The notes beneath the pieces were generated by a model. It was not told the origin of the DNA. It worked only from the letters and a program-made list of their open reading frames with translations, and did not search any database. From Orbicella franksi (taxonomy: Eukaryota), in assembly GCA_964199315.1 (NCBI GenBank), contig OZ116699.1:18290001-18354000 (forward strand): a stretch of 64,000 nucleotides of DNA. Reading direction: 5' to 3'. Each line of letters starts with the position of its first letter. Position 1 is the first letter of the stretch. This document shows, piece after piece, positions 25,319 through 39,317 of this stretch. Made by a program: the position numbers and the translations under genes.

Positions 25319-27574
25319 AGGAGAGAAAAAGAATGTTCTGTCGCATTTTCACTTCTGCGGCAGCCATGCATTTTCCCTTGCTTTGTTCCATGCTTGCGAA
25401 ATGAGCGAGTAAATACTAATTGAGGATTGTTGTCGCTAGCAGGTAAGGAAGGGGAGGTTTGTCAAATTTAATAAATTTTCTATACTAGTTTCTTCACATT
25501 CTAAAAGTTAACCAATAAAAATCAACTTCGTGTCCATCAGAGTCTGTTGTGTGATTCGTAAAAGAAGTCGCATGAATAACTAGCTAAGCATCTTCTCCGC
25601 GAAACTACCATGCAGACTTCATCAGCTGAATTAAGGGCAAACACACGCAATTATACCAAGAATTTGATTTTGATCGTTATACATGTAATGAATACAAGCA
25701 CATTTTGGTCTTTCTATTTTCATGTCCTAATTAACCAAGTGGTTAATTTGATGGACTGCGGGCTAACCGACTATTCTCTTTTCTTCTGCCAACTTTGATA
25801 AATCAGCCAGTCCGGCAATATCAAGAGTTATTTTATGGCTGCGCCTTTCAGCAGGTAGAACCTGCCAAACTTTCATTTTTTCATAACAATAATAATAAAA
25901 ACGTTTAACAGTAGCTTCGACGAAATGCGAAAAAAGTCCTCTCTTCTTCCTGAGAGATAAGCTCTGAACAAAACGAAGCAAATTCATTCAAAGCCCGGCG
26001 ATAACTTATCGGGCTTCACCGTAACGATCTCGTGAGCTGAAAACAGAGATCGCAGTTAATAAATATTAAGCACAGAGAGATTTTTGTTTCGGATTGAAGG
26101 AGATAGAATTAAAACAAAAGAATAATTAGTCAGAATAAGAAATACAGTTCGCTTACTAACTCAGTAATCTCAGATCAAATACTCCTCGTCGCAGGTAAGT
26201 TCATTTCACGACAGAGCGCAGCCTCCTCCCTCCTTTTGTGGCTTATGACCCTTTTCAACGTCAAACGTTTAACGACTGTGTAACAAAAACCTTGAAGACA
26301 ATATCAAGAAATATACCCCAGGCAGCTCAATAGCAAGATGCTTCACATTTTTCCGTTAATGGTTTTGGCATTGTGTTTTTCAAGCGAATCGCTCGGTGTC
26401 TATGGTTCGATCTCTTCTCTCGCCCAGGGTAAGCTTGTATGAGATCATAAATGATAGCGTCTTCGGAAAAGACTTGTCTTTACAAACAGAAGTATGACCC
26501 GTCGCTTCTCGCCTTAGTGAGGGCGCTGGTCAATTAAAAAGTGCGAAGTTTCTTTTTTCACTTATCCAATATCGCCGGACGCTGTTGCTTCGTTTCACTG
26601 CGAACTTGACTTGCAAAATCTGCCCTCGCTGAACAATGAGAAGAATATATTTTATTACAAGTTGAACCCATGCAGCCAGCACACATACACCCATATCAAA
26701 ACTTCAGTTGCTGATGTATATTGTGTAAGCAACATTGACTTGACCGATCATTTTTGACTAAGTATAAACTGGCAAGTAATTCTCTCGTTCATGTCACCTC
26801 AAAACAGCCTGGGAAACCAATATGAAACTGCAAGATAGGTGTAGAACTTTACACAACGAGGAACTACATCTCTTGTCAGCGGTAATTCTCGTTAAAAACA
26901 ATATGGCCTCATGAGACTATGACCTAGATCACAGTCTCTTGATGGCGTCCAGTGCGGGAGAACACGAGCTAAGCTTAAAGGAACCTAGTCAGCCTGAAAT
27001 TATTGATATTGCCTGGTGAATCGAAATTTTTATTGCTTTACTGCAAGTAGTGTTAATTATCTTTAGAAGCTTGACAGTGATTTCCTTCGTTTCGACATAC
27101 TCCGAATAAAATATAATAGCCAAACTCTCGCATGTAAACAAAAACAAAGGCGTGGGCGACTAGAGCCCTTTAAGAGAAGAGAAATGAAAATATCGATAGG
27201 CAAGGACGACCAATACACAAGCAGAGTAAAAAGATTTAATTACCGGACTAACATGGAAGAGTAAAGACTACCGCGGCTTGGAGGGGTATGGCCATTTGGT
27301 TAATAGAGCCTTCTATGGATGATCTATAATTTCTCTCCTTCTCATTTTGTTTTCTCCGTTCGAGATAGCAGAACTTCGAGATATCAAGAAATTAGATGAG
27401 GATCATGTACATGTAACGATGCCAAAAAACTGTTGTAATACTGTTGTAATGCGACAGCTTAGAGAGCCATAACCAAAATCAGCCAATCAGAGTGCTTTAT
27501 TTCCAGTCAAATATTAACTACTTATAAGAAATAACACACAAAGTGCGGTGACAAACATGACAATGAAACGCATG

Positions 27575-27860
27575 TTCGAAAAAAATTCATTAAACTTGAC
27601 GTTTCGTATGTTTCGACATACATCTTCAGACGGAAGTGACGGTTAGAATAGAGTCAAAAGAAGTAACAACTAAATTTTAAATTTAAGATAAGCAACTAAC
27701 TAACAATAACAATGACAGAAGCTGAGAAACTTGCACATTAAAAGTGCAAACCGGCTAATAAAGATAAAGTTCATAAAGCTCTTCGCCAAGGGTAAGAGAT
27801 TTACGGGGATTGTCAAACGGAGACTTTGCCGTATTCAGCAAGGCCGAGGTTTGACATTTT
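27575..27860 (-). mobile_element. 3'-terminal remnant of a Penelope-like retroelement
   Basis: On the minus strand a short frame ending ...EELYELYLY* is followed by an AT-rich UTR and a minimal hammerhead motif of the kind found in Penelope pseudo-LTRs. Family assignment is inferred from that motif. Confidence 0.55.
27591..27640 (-). ncRNA. Type I minimal hammerhead ribozyme motif (Penelope-type)
   Basis: The minus strand reads cacuu-ccgu-CUGAAGA-U-GUAUGU-cgaa-ACAUAC-GAAAC-GUC/aagu. It has the full core, a 6-bp stem II closed by G10.1-C11.1, a loopless palindromic stem III (AC/GU) and a GUC cleavage triplet (27600-27598). Confidence 0.7.
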
Positions 27861-27894
27861 CCTGTATAGACCAAACGTTCGAGGTTAATAAGTC

Positions 27895-28075
27895 GTTTTA
27901 TTATTGTATGGCTAGCTCCGCCAACGTGCGAGATGAATCGAATCCTGTGCTGTGATTGGCTACCCGAGCGGGCAACATGGCGCTACCTTGCCTGCTCGGG
28001 ACTACCCGTTTTGTCCCGCAAAAAATTTCCCAAAAGCCATATAATAAATCCTTTATTGACTACGCTTGTTTTGTA
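27895..28075. repeat. Interspersed repeat fragment (CTACCCGAGCGGGCAA family)
   Basis: Internal inverted motif CCCGAGCGGGCAA...TTGCCTGCTCGGG. A probable fragment of the same family lies at ~51147-51235. Family identity is from recall. Confidence 0.45.
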
Positions 28076-29599
28076 ATAAAATTGTCAATGATAAAAGAAA
28101 ACTCGTGGCAAAAAATGCAACAGATTTACGTTTTAATTTCAATGAAAGCACGTTAATTCTAGTGCATTCCACTGGTGACCTTATTGTCCTCTAACCGAAC
28201 CATGGATCTGTTTCCGGTCAATCAAGTGGCATAGACACTTTTCTATTTCAAAAGAAAATTCATACATAGTAAGGAAGCGTCATTGAAAGTTAATCAGAGA
28301 AGGGTGTAATCGGCAAAGCTGATCTAAGTTAGATAAAGTTCTCACGCCCACGATCCAAGCAGAATTTACACCGCCTACATGAGTATATTCTCTCACTTTC
28401 GCTCGCAAGCAAACAGTGTAGCAATGCCTTCAATATGCTGTCAGCGCAAGCGACAATGACTTATTAAGTTGTATTTAACGACGCGTTTTGCGGATCGATC
28501 GACCCCTTGCGAAGACCATGCGAGTATAGGAATAAAATCACCACTGCACAATTACTTAACTTCAGCCCTACCAAGTTTCCTCCAAAGAAGCTCTCGCTGT
28601 GAGCTGGGCTGAGGTTTTTCTTTAACAGAACAAAAGAAAACGTTGACTGTAGACGAAAGACATATAACGAGACAAAGAAGAATTGTATACTGTAAATGAA
28701 ATCAGTAGATACGGGTGGCGTGTCCAATGACTCTGATGGCAGTCTGCCTCTCTCGGCACTGATTCAATCAGAGATGCGTCAAACAAACCGCGAGGGCCGG
28801 GCAACGCGTTGAACTAAAACAGCTGCATTGGAGCAAATTTACCTAACCATTTCTGGTTGAAAGAGTTAAAAATAGCCACCTTTCGATTGCCAGCCTGCGA
28901 TCTTTGCCAACAAAAAAAAAATTTGGATGAAAAGCGCGAACGTGGAAATATATAATGTAAAAAAAGTGCGAAGTAGAAAAAAATTGCAAGAAAAAACAAC
29001 AAAAATGTTTATGGGGTAATAAATTGTTAATGCGAAGTGGTAAAAGAATTGAATATGTTGTCTGGGTAATGGTTTCGAATTCTTCTCTCATTCACTTGTT
29101 ATCGCGATATGCCAAGATGCATGCCGGTTTTTCCTCAAACGAAATTTCTCTTGTCGATTAAATGAGTGTTGTTAAAGTCAATCGAATGGCTGTTTAACCA
29201 TGTGCGAGTGGCTGTACTGTCTAACTATGCGGTTTTGTGGCATACCAGATTTTAAGCGTACTCTACCCCTCTTCACCCATGCCACTCGTAGTAAAAACCG
29301 TAACAGACTAACTGAATATTCTCCCTTCAAAGGCTTCCTTCCTTACGATTCAAATGTTCCGCTTTTACTTTGTCAACAATGTCTATTGACCAAGTTGTCT
29401 TCAGTGGCGGATGACCACTAGCAGTTGACGTGCTGTCGGCAATTTCCCACTCGAGTTCTCAAGGAGAAGAGACCAAGGAAGCTGTTATTGTTATGTTAAT
29501 AGCCATTCTTAACACACTCATGTCAGCAAACAATTAGGAAGGGCAACGATAGCACACAATAAAATAATTACATTTTAATATTTCTCAACCGTGTATTAC

Positions 29600-30105
29600 T
29601 TCACATTTATTATACAGACACCAGTGAAGTAGCAGGTGAGCTTTCGCGCGAAAACATATCTTCACACGTGAAAATAACGTGTTATTTTCACAAGTGAAAA
29701 GGTCACCGATGCTATGGTTACATAATTTATCCCTTAAACTGTACTTAAATGTGTTACTGTATGATCGAAACATCATCAGATCTTCCTCGGAAATCTTCCG
29801 TAATCTTCGGAAATTTTCGGAAAATGTTCGGAAACGTTTGTTAGGCCTTCAAACAACTTTTGGAGAATTTTCGAAAATCTTCGGAAAGTGTTCGGAAATG
29901 TTCGGAAAATCGTCAAAAAAGTCGCCATTAGTGTGTTTATATAATAAACAAGATAATACATGGCTGCTTGTAGATATGGAATTTCTCTTCTCGTGTTTAT
30001 CTTAATATCTCACTCGCTCACTCTTTCACTCGTGAGATATCAAGTTGAACACTCGAAGAGAAATTCCATATCTACGTTCGCCCATACAATATTCTTTATA
30101 TATCG
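29600..30105. repeat. Interspersed repeat with (TCGGAAA)-like internal repeats and a ~105-bp terminal hairpin
   Basis: Degenerate TTCGGAAA repeats at 29790-29910. GTAGATATGGAATTTCTCTTC (29970-29990) pairs perfectly with GAAGAGAAATTCCATATCTAC (30055-30075). Confidence 0.7.
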
Positions 30106-30996
30106 TCTAAAAGAAAAAAACAGTAGTCTCATATGAGTTACTTAATTTTCCCGCGCATAAGTTGTCCGCTGTCTTAGAGTTTTAGTTCCCGCTAAAAAAG
30201 ACGTCTCATTCCAGTCCCTCCGCGCTTACCAGGCGTCGTCATCGTCTCTTTCTTATGTGGCACGGGAATGAATAAGAATGAAGTAAAAACTAAGTTATTT
30301 ACACTGAGTCTAACAGTACAATCTGAATGAGACTCAGTGCTTAGAATGAGTTTGGGATAATGTTGCCTGGCACTGTGGTCCGCTGACTGCTGTGACAGGT
30401 AACTTCTACGGACTCTCCAATTTAGTAACTACTTATTGACCTAGAGTGAGGTCTGTAGGGAAGATCCCAGACTGAGACCTGGCCGCAAGGCCGCCGCGTA
30501 ACGCTGGCACAATCTGGCCAAGGCTTGAATCGATCCCGTCTAGGGGACAGCAATACTCCTCAGATATGCGATGCAACGGAGAAGAACGAAGGTAAGTTTG
30601 CACATAGCGTAAATGTAGATCCACCTAAATGCCACAGCGGGCAATGTTATTTTTTGTGCCATTCCCCTGTGTAACTCCTCTCTGAACTATGTCATATTTA
30701 TTGAGAACATATGGCTTCCTTTGTTTCCACTGGTAATAGGGATTACTTGTGTTTGGCTTATGTACACTCGTGCACTGTCCAGGCAAGTGGACCAATCTAA
30801 ATCTAGAATAACTGCAACAAAATGTAGTAACGGTAAAAAAAGTATGACTTCGTTGAAAATGTAAATTAGTCTCATTTACAGTGTACTCAACATGAAATTG
30901 AGACAATCATATAAAGACAACAAAGTTCTAACATTCCTTTCTGTTTCCTTTTTCCGTGCCAGTTACCTGCACACCATGAGGCGGTTATTGCGGTCA

Positions 30997-31225
30997 GGGG
31001 CCTGTTTCTCGAAGGTCCCGAAAAGTTTTCGCACCGGAAAGTCACAGCAAAATCTCGAAGCATATGATTACAGAGCTGTTTTATTCGCGTATTCTTAATA
31101 TGAACAGAGGTTCCCTTCAGTCAAGAAGTTTCAGGCGTATACTCCACTCCGTTTTTAGATACAGGTGAACTGAAAGTGGCTTTATGGGCCCGAAAAGTTT
31201 CCGGGGCTTTCGAGAAACGGACCCC
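30997..31225. mobile_element. MITE (Harbinger-like GGGG.C.GTTTCTCGAA termini)
   Basis: The 5' end GGGGCCTGTTTCTCGAAGGTCCCG and the 3' end CGGGGCTTTCGAGAAACGGACCCC form imperfect TIRs. Confidence 0.75.
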
Positions 31226-31259
31226 AGGTCCGTTGAACTCTTGTCAGCAAATAAAACCT

Positions 31260-31615
31260 AGGCCCCGTCTGCACTACGCAGGAAGAATTTGAAAAAGGTT
31301 TCACTCTTACAACGCATCAAATATTTTTTGTCCACACGACGCCGGAGAAATTTAAAAACGCAACGACCACCGGTCATTTTGGATTTGTGTTTGAGGAAAA
31401 CTCGGGCAGAGGAATCACATGATTGTCGTGACTCTGACGTTTTCGAAATGCTCCGTTTTTAATGCTTTCTGTTCACACTAAAACGCAAAGCCAGCGTTTT
31501 GAAGGGCGTTTTCGAAAAGGTTCGTTTTCGTGACGGGTTAGAATGGACGGTAGGTCTAATCGTAGAAATATAGCTGTGTTTTCAAATTTCTGCAGCTTAG
31601 TGTGGACGCTGCCCT
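31260..31615. mobile_element. MITE (PIF/Harbinger-like termini), copy 2
   Basis: Collinear with 24942-25318, including AGGCCCCGTC..CACTACG, AACGCATCAAAT, TTTTGGATTTGTGTT, CTAAAACGCAAAGCC and TTTTCGTGACGG. Confidence 0.8.
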
Positions 31616-32387
31616 GGTGTATCATCGGACCATTCGAGTGAGAGACGTGAATGAGGTTAAGCGATCCGTGCAATCTGTGTATGATCGGCAACCCTTAATC
31701 TGAGGATCTCGCAATAGTTTCTACACTCTATGTAGACATCTGAGGTTTATCAAAATATTGTGGTAACTGCTGGTTTCATAGAGATTAGTAGTAACAGGAG
31801 CAGCAACTGAGAGATTCGTGACCTCTCTGTTAAACTGTACAACGCTACGCAGGCGACATGCAATATTTTGACTTGGCAGTTACTCACGGGGAGGAGAGAA
31901 TCCATATAAAGACAGGGAAGTGATCAACCGTCCTTGTTAAAAAAAAAATAATAATAATAATAAGTAATGAAAAAAAAATTGTATGCAATTGAACACTTAT
32001 CGTTCTTGAGCTGGTAACTGCCACACGGGCAGTTAAGTTTGAAAGTGAATTGAAACCACACCCAGAAAACGAGAATTCGGAATCTTTTCAAAATGCCCCA
32101 TCATCACCACCGTCTCTTCTATATTGATTGAAGTCCTCCCCATAAAATCTCTACTGATTGTTTCTTCACTTTCCTTTGCTTATAAGGAGCTCTCTTAATA
32201 AGGACGGCTTAGGATTTCAGACAGATTCCTATCGACGGACCTGAGATATTTGCATCTGTAAATATTTTTTCAAGACAAATATTCAAACCGCTGTGGATGA
32301 TGAGTGACAGTGAATGCTTTGCTCTTTACTATAAGTTTAAGGGAAAATGTTCACGGCATCCTCTACTAATGACGAACGTTTTTCCTG

Positions 32388-35678
<3,291 letters not shown>

Positions 35679-35945
35679 TTTAAATTCGCATTTTAAAGAT
35701 GCTGCTGACCACAAGCAAAGTAGGCTCGAGAAGTCTGATCTGAGAGAGGTTGGTAAAGAAACTGTGGAAAACTGAAACATTTTTACCATAATTGCTACTA
35801 ATCTCGCAATCTGATTGGCTAATTTGCTGTTGTCGATAAGAGTCCAGACAACGCTGCTCGCGTCAATGTGTCACACTCTTGTTCACGCTCTGAAAAACAT
35901 TGATATTGTGGTAAAAAAAACAAATCGAATGAGGTTTAGAGTTGT

Positions 35946-36746
35946 GATAAGTTAATAAAGATGGTGAATTTTTTAAGCTCGGTAATGAAATGTGAAGGTG
36001 AATTAATCAACATGACACGAACGTGGGACAAAGAAAAATTCTGAATCCCCAACAGGAATCGAACCCATGACCTCCCGAACACCGGGCGGGCGCTCTATCC
36101 ACTGAGCTACGAGAACTCATGGAGAGCAAGGTCATTTAACTGAGTTCATATATGATAGGTGTCCCGCATACTGCTAGGATCAACGCTATCGAATTCATCG
36201 TGAGTAGTGATAAGTTAATAAAGATGGTGAATTTTAAGCTCAGTAATGAAATGTGAAGGTGAATTAATCAACATGACATGAGCGTGGGACAAAGAAAAAT
36301 TCTGAGTCCCCGACAGGAATCAAACCCATGACCTCCCGAACACCGGGCGGGCGCTCTATTCACTGAGCTACGAGAACTCATGGAGAGCAAGGTCATTTAA
36401 CTGAGTTCATATATGATAGGTGTCCCGCATACTGCTAGGATCAATGCTATTGAATTCATCGTGAATTAATCAACATGACACCTTCACATTTCATTACCGA
36501 GCTTAAAATTCACCATCTTTATTAACTTATCACTACTCACGATGAATTTGATAGCGTTGATCCTAGCAGTATGCGGGACACCTATCATATATGAACTCAG
36601 TTAAATGACCTTGCTCTCCATGAGTTCTCGTAGCTCAGTGGATAGAGCGCCCGCCCGGTGTTCGGGAGGTCATGGGTTCGATTCCTGTCGGGGACTCAGA
36701 ATTTTTCTTTGTCCCACGCTCGTGTCATGTTGATTAATTCACCTTC
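35946..36746. mobile_element. Insertion of a ~263-bp tRNA-mimic unit: two tandem minus copies plus one inverted plus copy, bounded by a 15-bp TSD
   Basis: GAGGTTTAGAGTTGT at 35931-35945 and 36747-36761. Minus-orientation units start at 35944 and 36207, the inversion junction is at 36461-36480, and the plus copy spans 36479-36746. Each unit has A box TAGCTCAGTGG, B box GGTTCGATTCC (one variant) and a cloverleaf. Confidence 0.9.
36621..36706 (+). pseudogene. tRNA-like cassette (pseudo-Thr, GGT in anticodon position) within the repeat unit; two more copies on the minus strand (~36040-36125, ~36300-36385)
   Basis: GAGTTCTCG-TA-GCTC-AGTGGATA-GAGC-G-CCCG.......CGGG-AGGTC-ATGGG-TTCGATT-CCTGT-CGGGGACTC, followed by a T5 run. 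The 9-bp acceptor-like stem, mismatched anticodon stem and non-canonical loop indicate it is not a functional tRNA. Confidence 0.7.
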
Positions 36747-37579
36747 GAGGTTTAGAGTTGTCTGTATTCTTATCACCAACGAGATGCATCATCACAGTGG
36801 ATGGCAGAAATCTGACATTTTCTATTATAAGCTTCGCGTAGACACTGCTTATGCTTCCTTTTCCGATACAGGAGGGAACAAAACATGGATGGAAGTCCGT
36901 CTTACTGTGTGTCAGGTATTTCACAGAGAGATAAGCCTCTATTACAGGTCCTAGACCCCTAAAGAAAGCTACTAAAATGCGATTGGCTAAACCTTTAGAG
37001 GAGAGCAATTTGAGATTAAGAGCTTAAGGTGATTCCCTAGTAAAAGAACCCGCCATAGATTTCCGATGAAACTTGGTATGCTGTTGTTACAGGACAAGGA
37101 GATATTAAAAACGTAGTAAAAAGAGGGGGTCACCATGCTTGTTTTCACACCAGAATGCTGACAAATACCGCTATTTAGGTGACTTTTGGTAATCTCTGTG
37201 CGCAACAAATAAGCTTGATTATTTTTCAATGCAGTGTGTTGTATCATCCAGAGTTTGACTTTCTTTGATTGTTTATTCATCTACGTCCCAGAAAAAATGT
37301 CTTCAAATACCTTGCATTATTTTTTATCCTTTAAAGGAAACATAATTTGGACATGCACTGTTGGGCCTGTTATGTCTCCCTCCGTAGTATTTATTCCATT
37401 TGCCGGAAAAGTAGCCATAGAATTCTGCTATTTTTTATCTCAGTTATTGAGGATATTGTTCTCATTGAAATTATGAAATAAAAAGTGAGACCAAGGTTTA
37501 GTAGTATATTTATTTTTCTAATCAACAGTCAGGTGAAAGTTACCGTATGATCATAGGCACGCTTCAACAAGAGAAGGTA

Positions 37580-37791
37580 ATGCTTCTGCCACGTGGGTAA
37601 TCAATTACAAAAAGTTCAAATTGAATACCTGTAATTGGACACCCACGTGATCGCGCACAGATTAAATGACAAATAGGCATGTGGAGAGCCAATCACGATC
37701 CAGGATTTTGTCATAGATACAATTATATTGAAAAAAATACTATTATTTTCATTCATAATATATTATTCTCATTCATAATATATTATTCTCA
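37580..37791. repeat. Interspersed repeat fragment plus a 20-bp tandem repeat at the TRIT1 3' end
   Basis: TATTATT(C/T)TCATTCATAATA x2.5 at 37741-37791 overlaps the TRIT1 stop codon. The adjoining 37580-37725 (GTAATTGGACACCCACGTGATCGCGC...CCAATCAC) resembles a common non-autonomous repeat (from recall). Confidence 0.55.
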
Positions 37792-39234
37792 CTTATCGTT
37801 AACACCAGAGTTTTGATGTCTGTTCTTCTCCTCACACTTGACATGCCATTTGTGTGACCTGGACCTTAAATGTTTTTTCCAGTTTTCTTCACCAAGAATA
37901 ATGCGGTTGCCACAGATCTCACACACATGCCTTGCATGCCGATCATCTTGGATGATCACCCTGGGGAGAGGGTTGATAAGTGGATTTTCCCCTTTTATCA
38001 ATTTATCTAAAATATCTAATGCAGTTTTAAGAACATTGCCCTCCCATTTCTCAAGATCAGTTGCATCTAGTCCATAAACATCAGGTGCAGAGATACTTGG
38101 TCTTGCCAAGAAGCGGTTTCTCACCCATGTCATTTGCTTTTTTGCATACCTACGTGTGACTGTCTTCATGTTTTCGACACCTGTTGTCAAAAGTTCTTTG
38201 TCCTCTTTGGATGCACTGCTTTTATCAAACTTTTTTCCTTCCTGTTTGACAAGAAACTCATGAAATTCTTTGAAACCAATGGACTGAAATATACCTTCTG
38301 TGTATTTTGTGTCGACATCCTTTTTCTCCAACACGTGGTTGTATTCACGATGAAAGTCCAAGAGTTCTTCAATTAAGCCTCTATCCAACATTTCATTGAC
38401 TCTACTATCAAGCCTCTCATTAAGGATCTCTCTCTGACACTGTAGCCAAAATACACACATGTGTTTATATCTCTGGGGTCCACCATAAACACTTCCCCCT
38501 AGTCTCTGTTGCTGTTCTTGCAGAATCTTACTGTGAGGCCTGCCGAGTTGTTCATATACCTGAAGACTTCGTGCAATTTTCCGGGAATCACTTGGATGTA
38601 GACGATCTGCCATGGCTGGATCAACCTCCCTGAGCCTTTCATAGAGGCTTGTCTTTGAGCTTGACTCCTTATTCCGTTCTAAATGTCCTGGCATTTCTTC
38701 AGATTGGCTAGTTCCTTTAGCTGTCTCTCCACACGCCACTACCGTCTCACCACGTGCATCATTAGAGTTTTCAACTTCTTTACTTTGGATCTCTTTTCGT
38801 TGCTTGATACCTTTTGTGCGTTTTTCTGATTCATCTCCGCTACTAGACGAACTAGTGCTTCTATCTTCGTCAATCAAGATATCCCATAAGACTGATTCGA
38901 TGTAATAGTTTGTGCCGCCAACGATTATCGGAATTTTTCCTCTCGTTTTAATGTCTTCGATCAAAGGTAAGGCCATATTTCGGAATTCCACGACAGAGAA
39001 TTCTTTCAGCGGCGAAACAAAATCGATCAAGTGGTGAGGGCATTGTGAGAGTTCCTCAGCAGTCACCTTGTTCGTTATAATGTCCAAGCCTTTGTAAACT
39101 TGCATAGAGTCAGCGCTGAGGATTTCTCCACCTAGTCTTTTACCTATTTCGATGGCTAGCTTGGATTTTCCAGTACCAGTGGAGCCTAGAATTACCACAA
39201 GAGGCAAACGAATGTTTCCCATGGCGGCCGCCAT
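37789..39234 (-). CDS. TRIT1: tRNA dimethylallyltransferase (i6A37 isopentenyltransferase, MiaA/MOD5 family), 481 aa, intronless
   Basis: P-loop GSTGTGKS, ILSADSMQVYKGLDIITNK, PHHLID, PIIVGGTNYYIES, RKIARSL, GIFQSIGFKEF, TRRYAKKQ..W, and a C-terminal matrin-type zinc finger CEIC...W..HL.SRSH. It is one uninterrupted ORF starting at AAAATGGCGG. Confidence 0.96.
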   Translation of the reverse strand: MAAAMGNIRLPLVVILGSTGTGKSKLAIEIGKRLGGEILSADSMQVYKGLDIITNKVTAEELSQCPHHLIDFVSPLKEFSVVEFRNMALPLIEDIKTRGKIPIIVGGTNYYIESVLWDILIDEDRSTSSSSSGDESEKRTKGIKQRKEIQSKEVENSNDARGETVVACGETAKGTSQSEEMPGHLERNKESSSKTSLYERLREVDPAMADRLHPSDSRKIARSLQVYEQLGRPHSKILQEQQQRLGGSVYGGPQRYKHMCVFWLQCQREILNERLDSRVNEMLDRGLIEELLDFHREYNHVLEKKDVDTKYTEGIFQSIGFKEFHEFLVKQEGKKFDKSSASKEDKELLTTGVENMKTVTRRYAKKQMTWVRNRFLARPSISAPDVYGLDATDLEKWEGNVLKTALDILDKLIKGENPLINPLPRVIIQDDRHARHVCEICGNRIILGEENWKKHLRSRSHKWHVKCEEKNRHQNSGVNDK

Positions 39235-39282
39235 TTTGGCTTAGACCGAGAAGAGTCTGGATGTGAGGTTAAAAATATTCAG

Positions 39283-39317
39283 CCTCGTTCCCAGTATCTC
39301 TATTCCTGGGAACGAGG
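39283..39317. repeat. 35-bp miniature palindrome (CCTCGTTCCCAG-11 nt-CTGGGAACGAGG)
   Basis: Perfect 12-bp inverted repeat about 50 bp upstream of the TRIT1 ATG. It resembles a collapsed MITE. Confidence 0.7.

Noticed and set aside
26401-26427. Short exon MVRSLLSPR as a second SNAG-like start
   Set aside because: It lacks the essential Pro2 and Phe5, and no convincing downstream coding exon was found.
30433-30906. Two adjacent in-frame minus-strand ORFs separated by one TAG (readthrough or pseudogene?)
   Set aside because: No recognisable domain, and the upstream part is AT-rich and intron-like. Chance is sufficient.
35946-36746. Three functional tRNA genes, or a functional link to neighbouring TRIT1
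   Set aside because: The 9-bp acceptor-like stem, mismatched anticodon stem and atypical loop with GGT argue against real tRNAs. There is no A36-A37-A38, so it is not an i6A37 substrate. The proximity to TRIT1 is probably coincidental.
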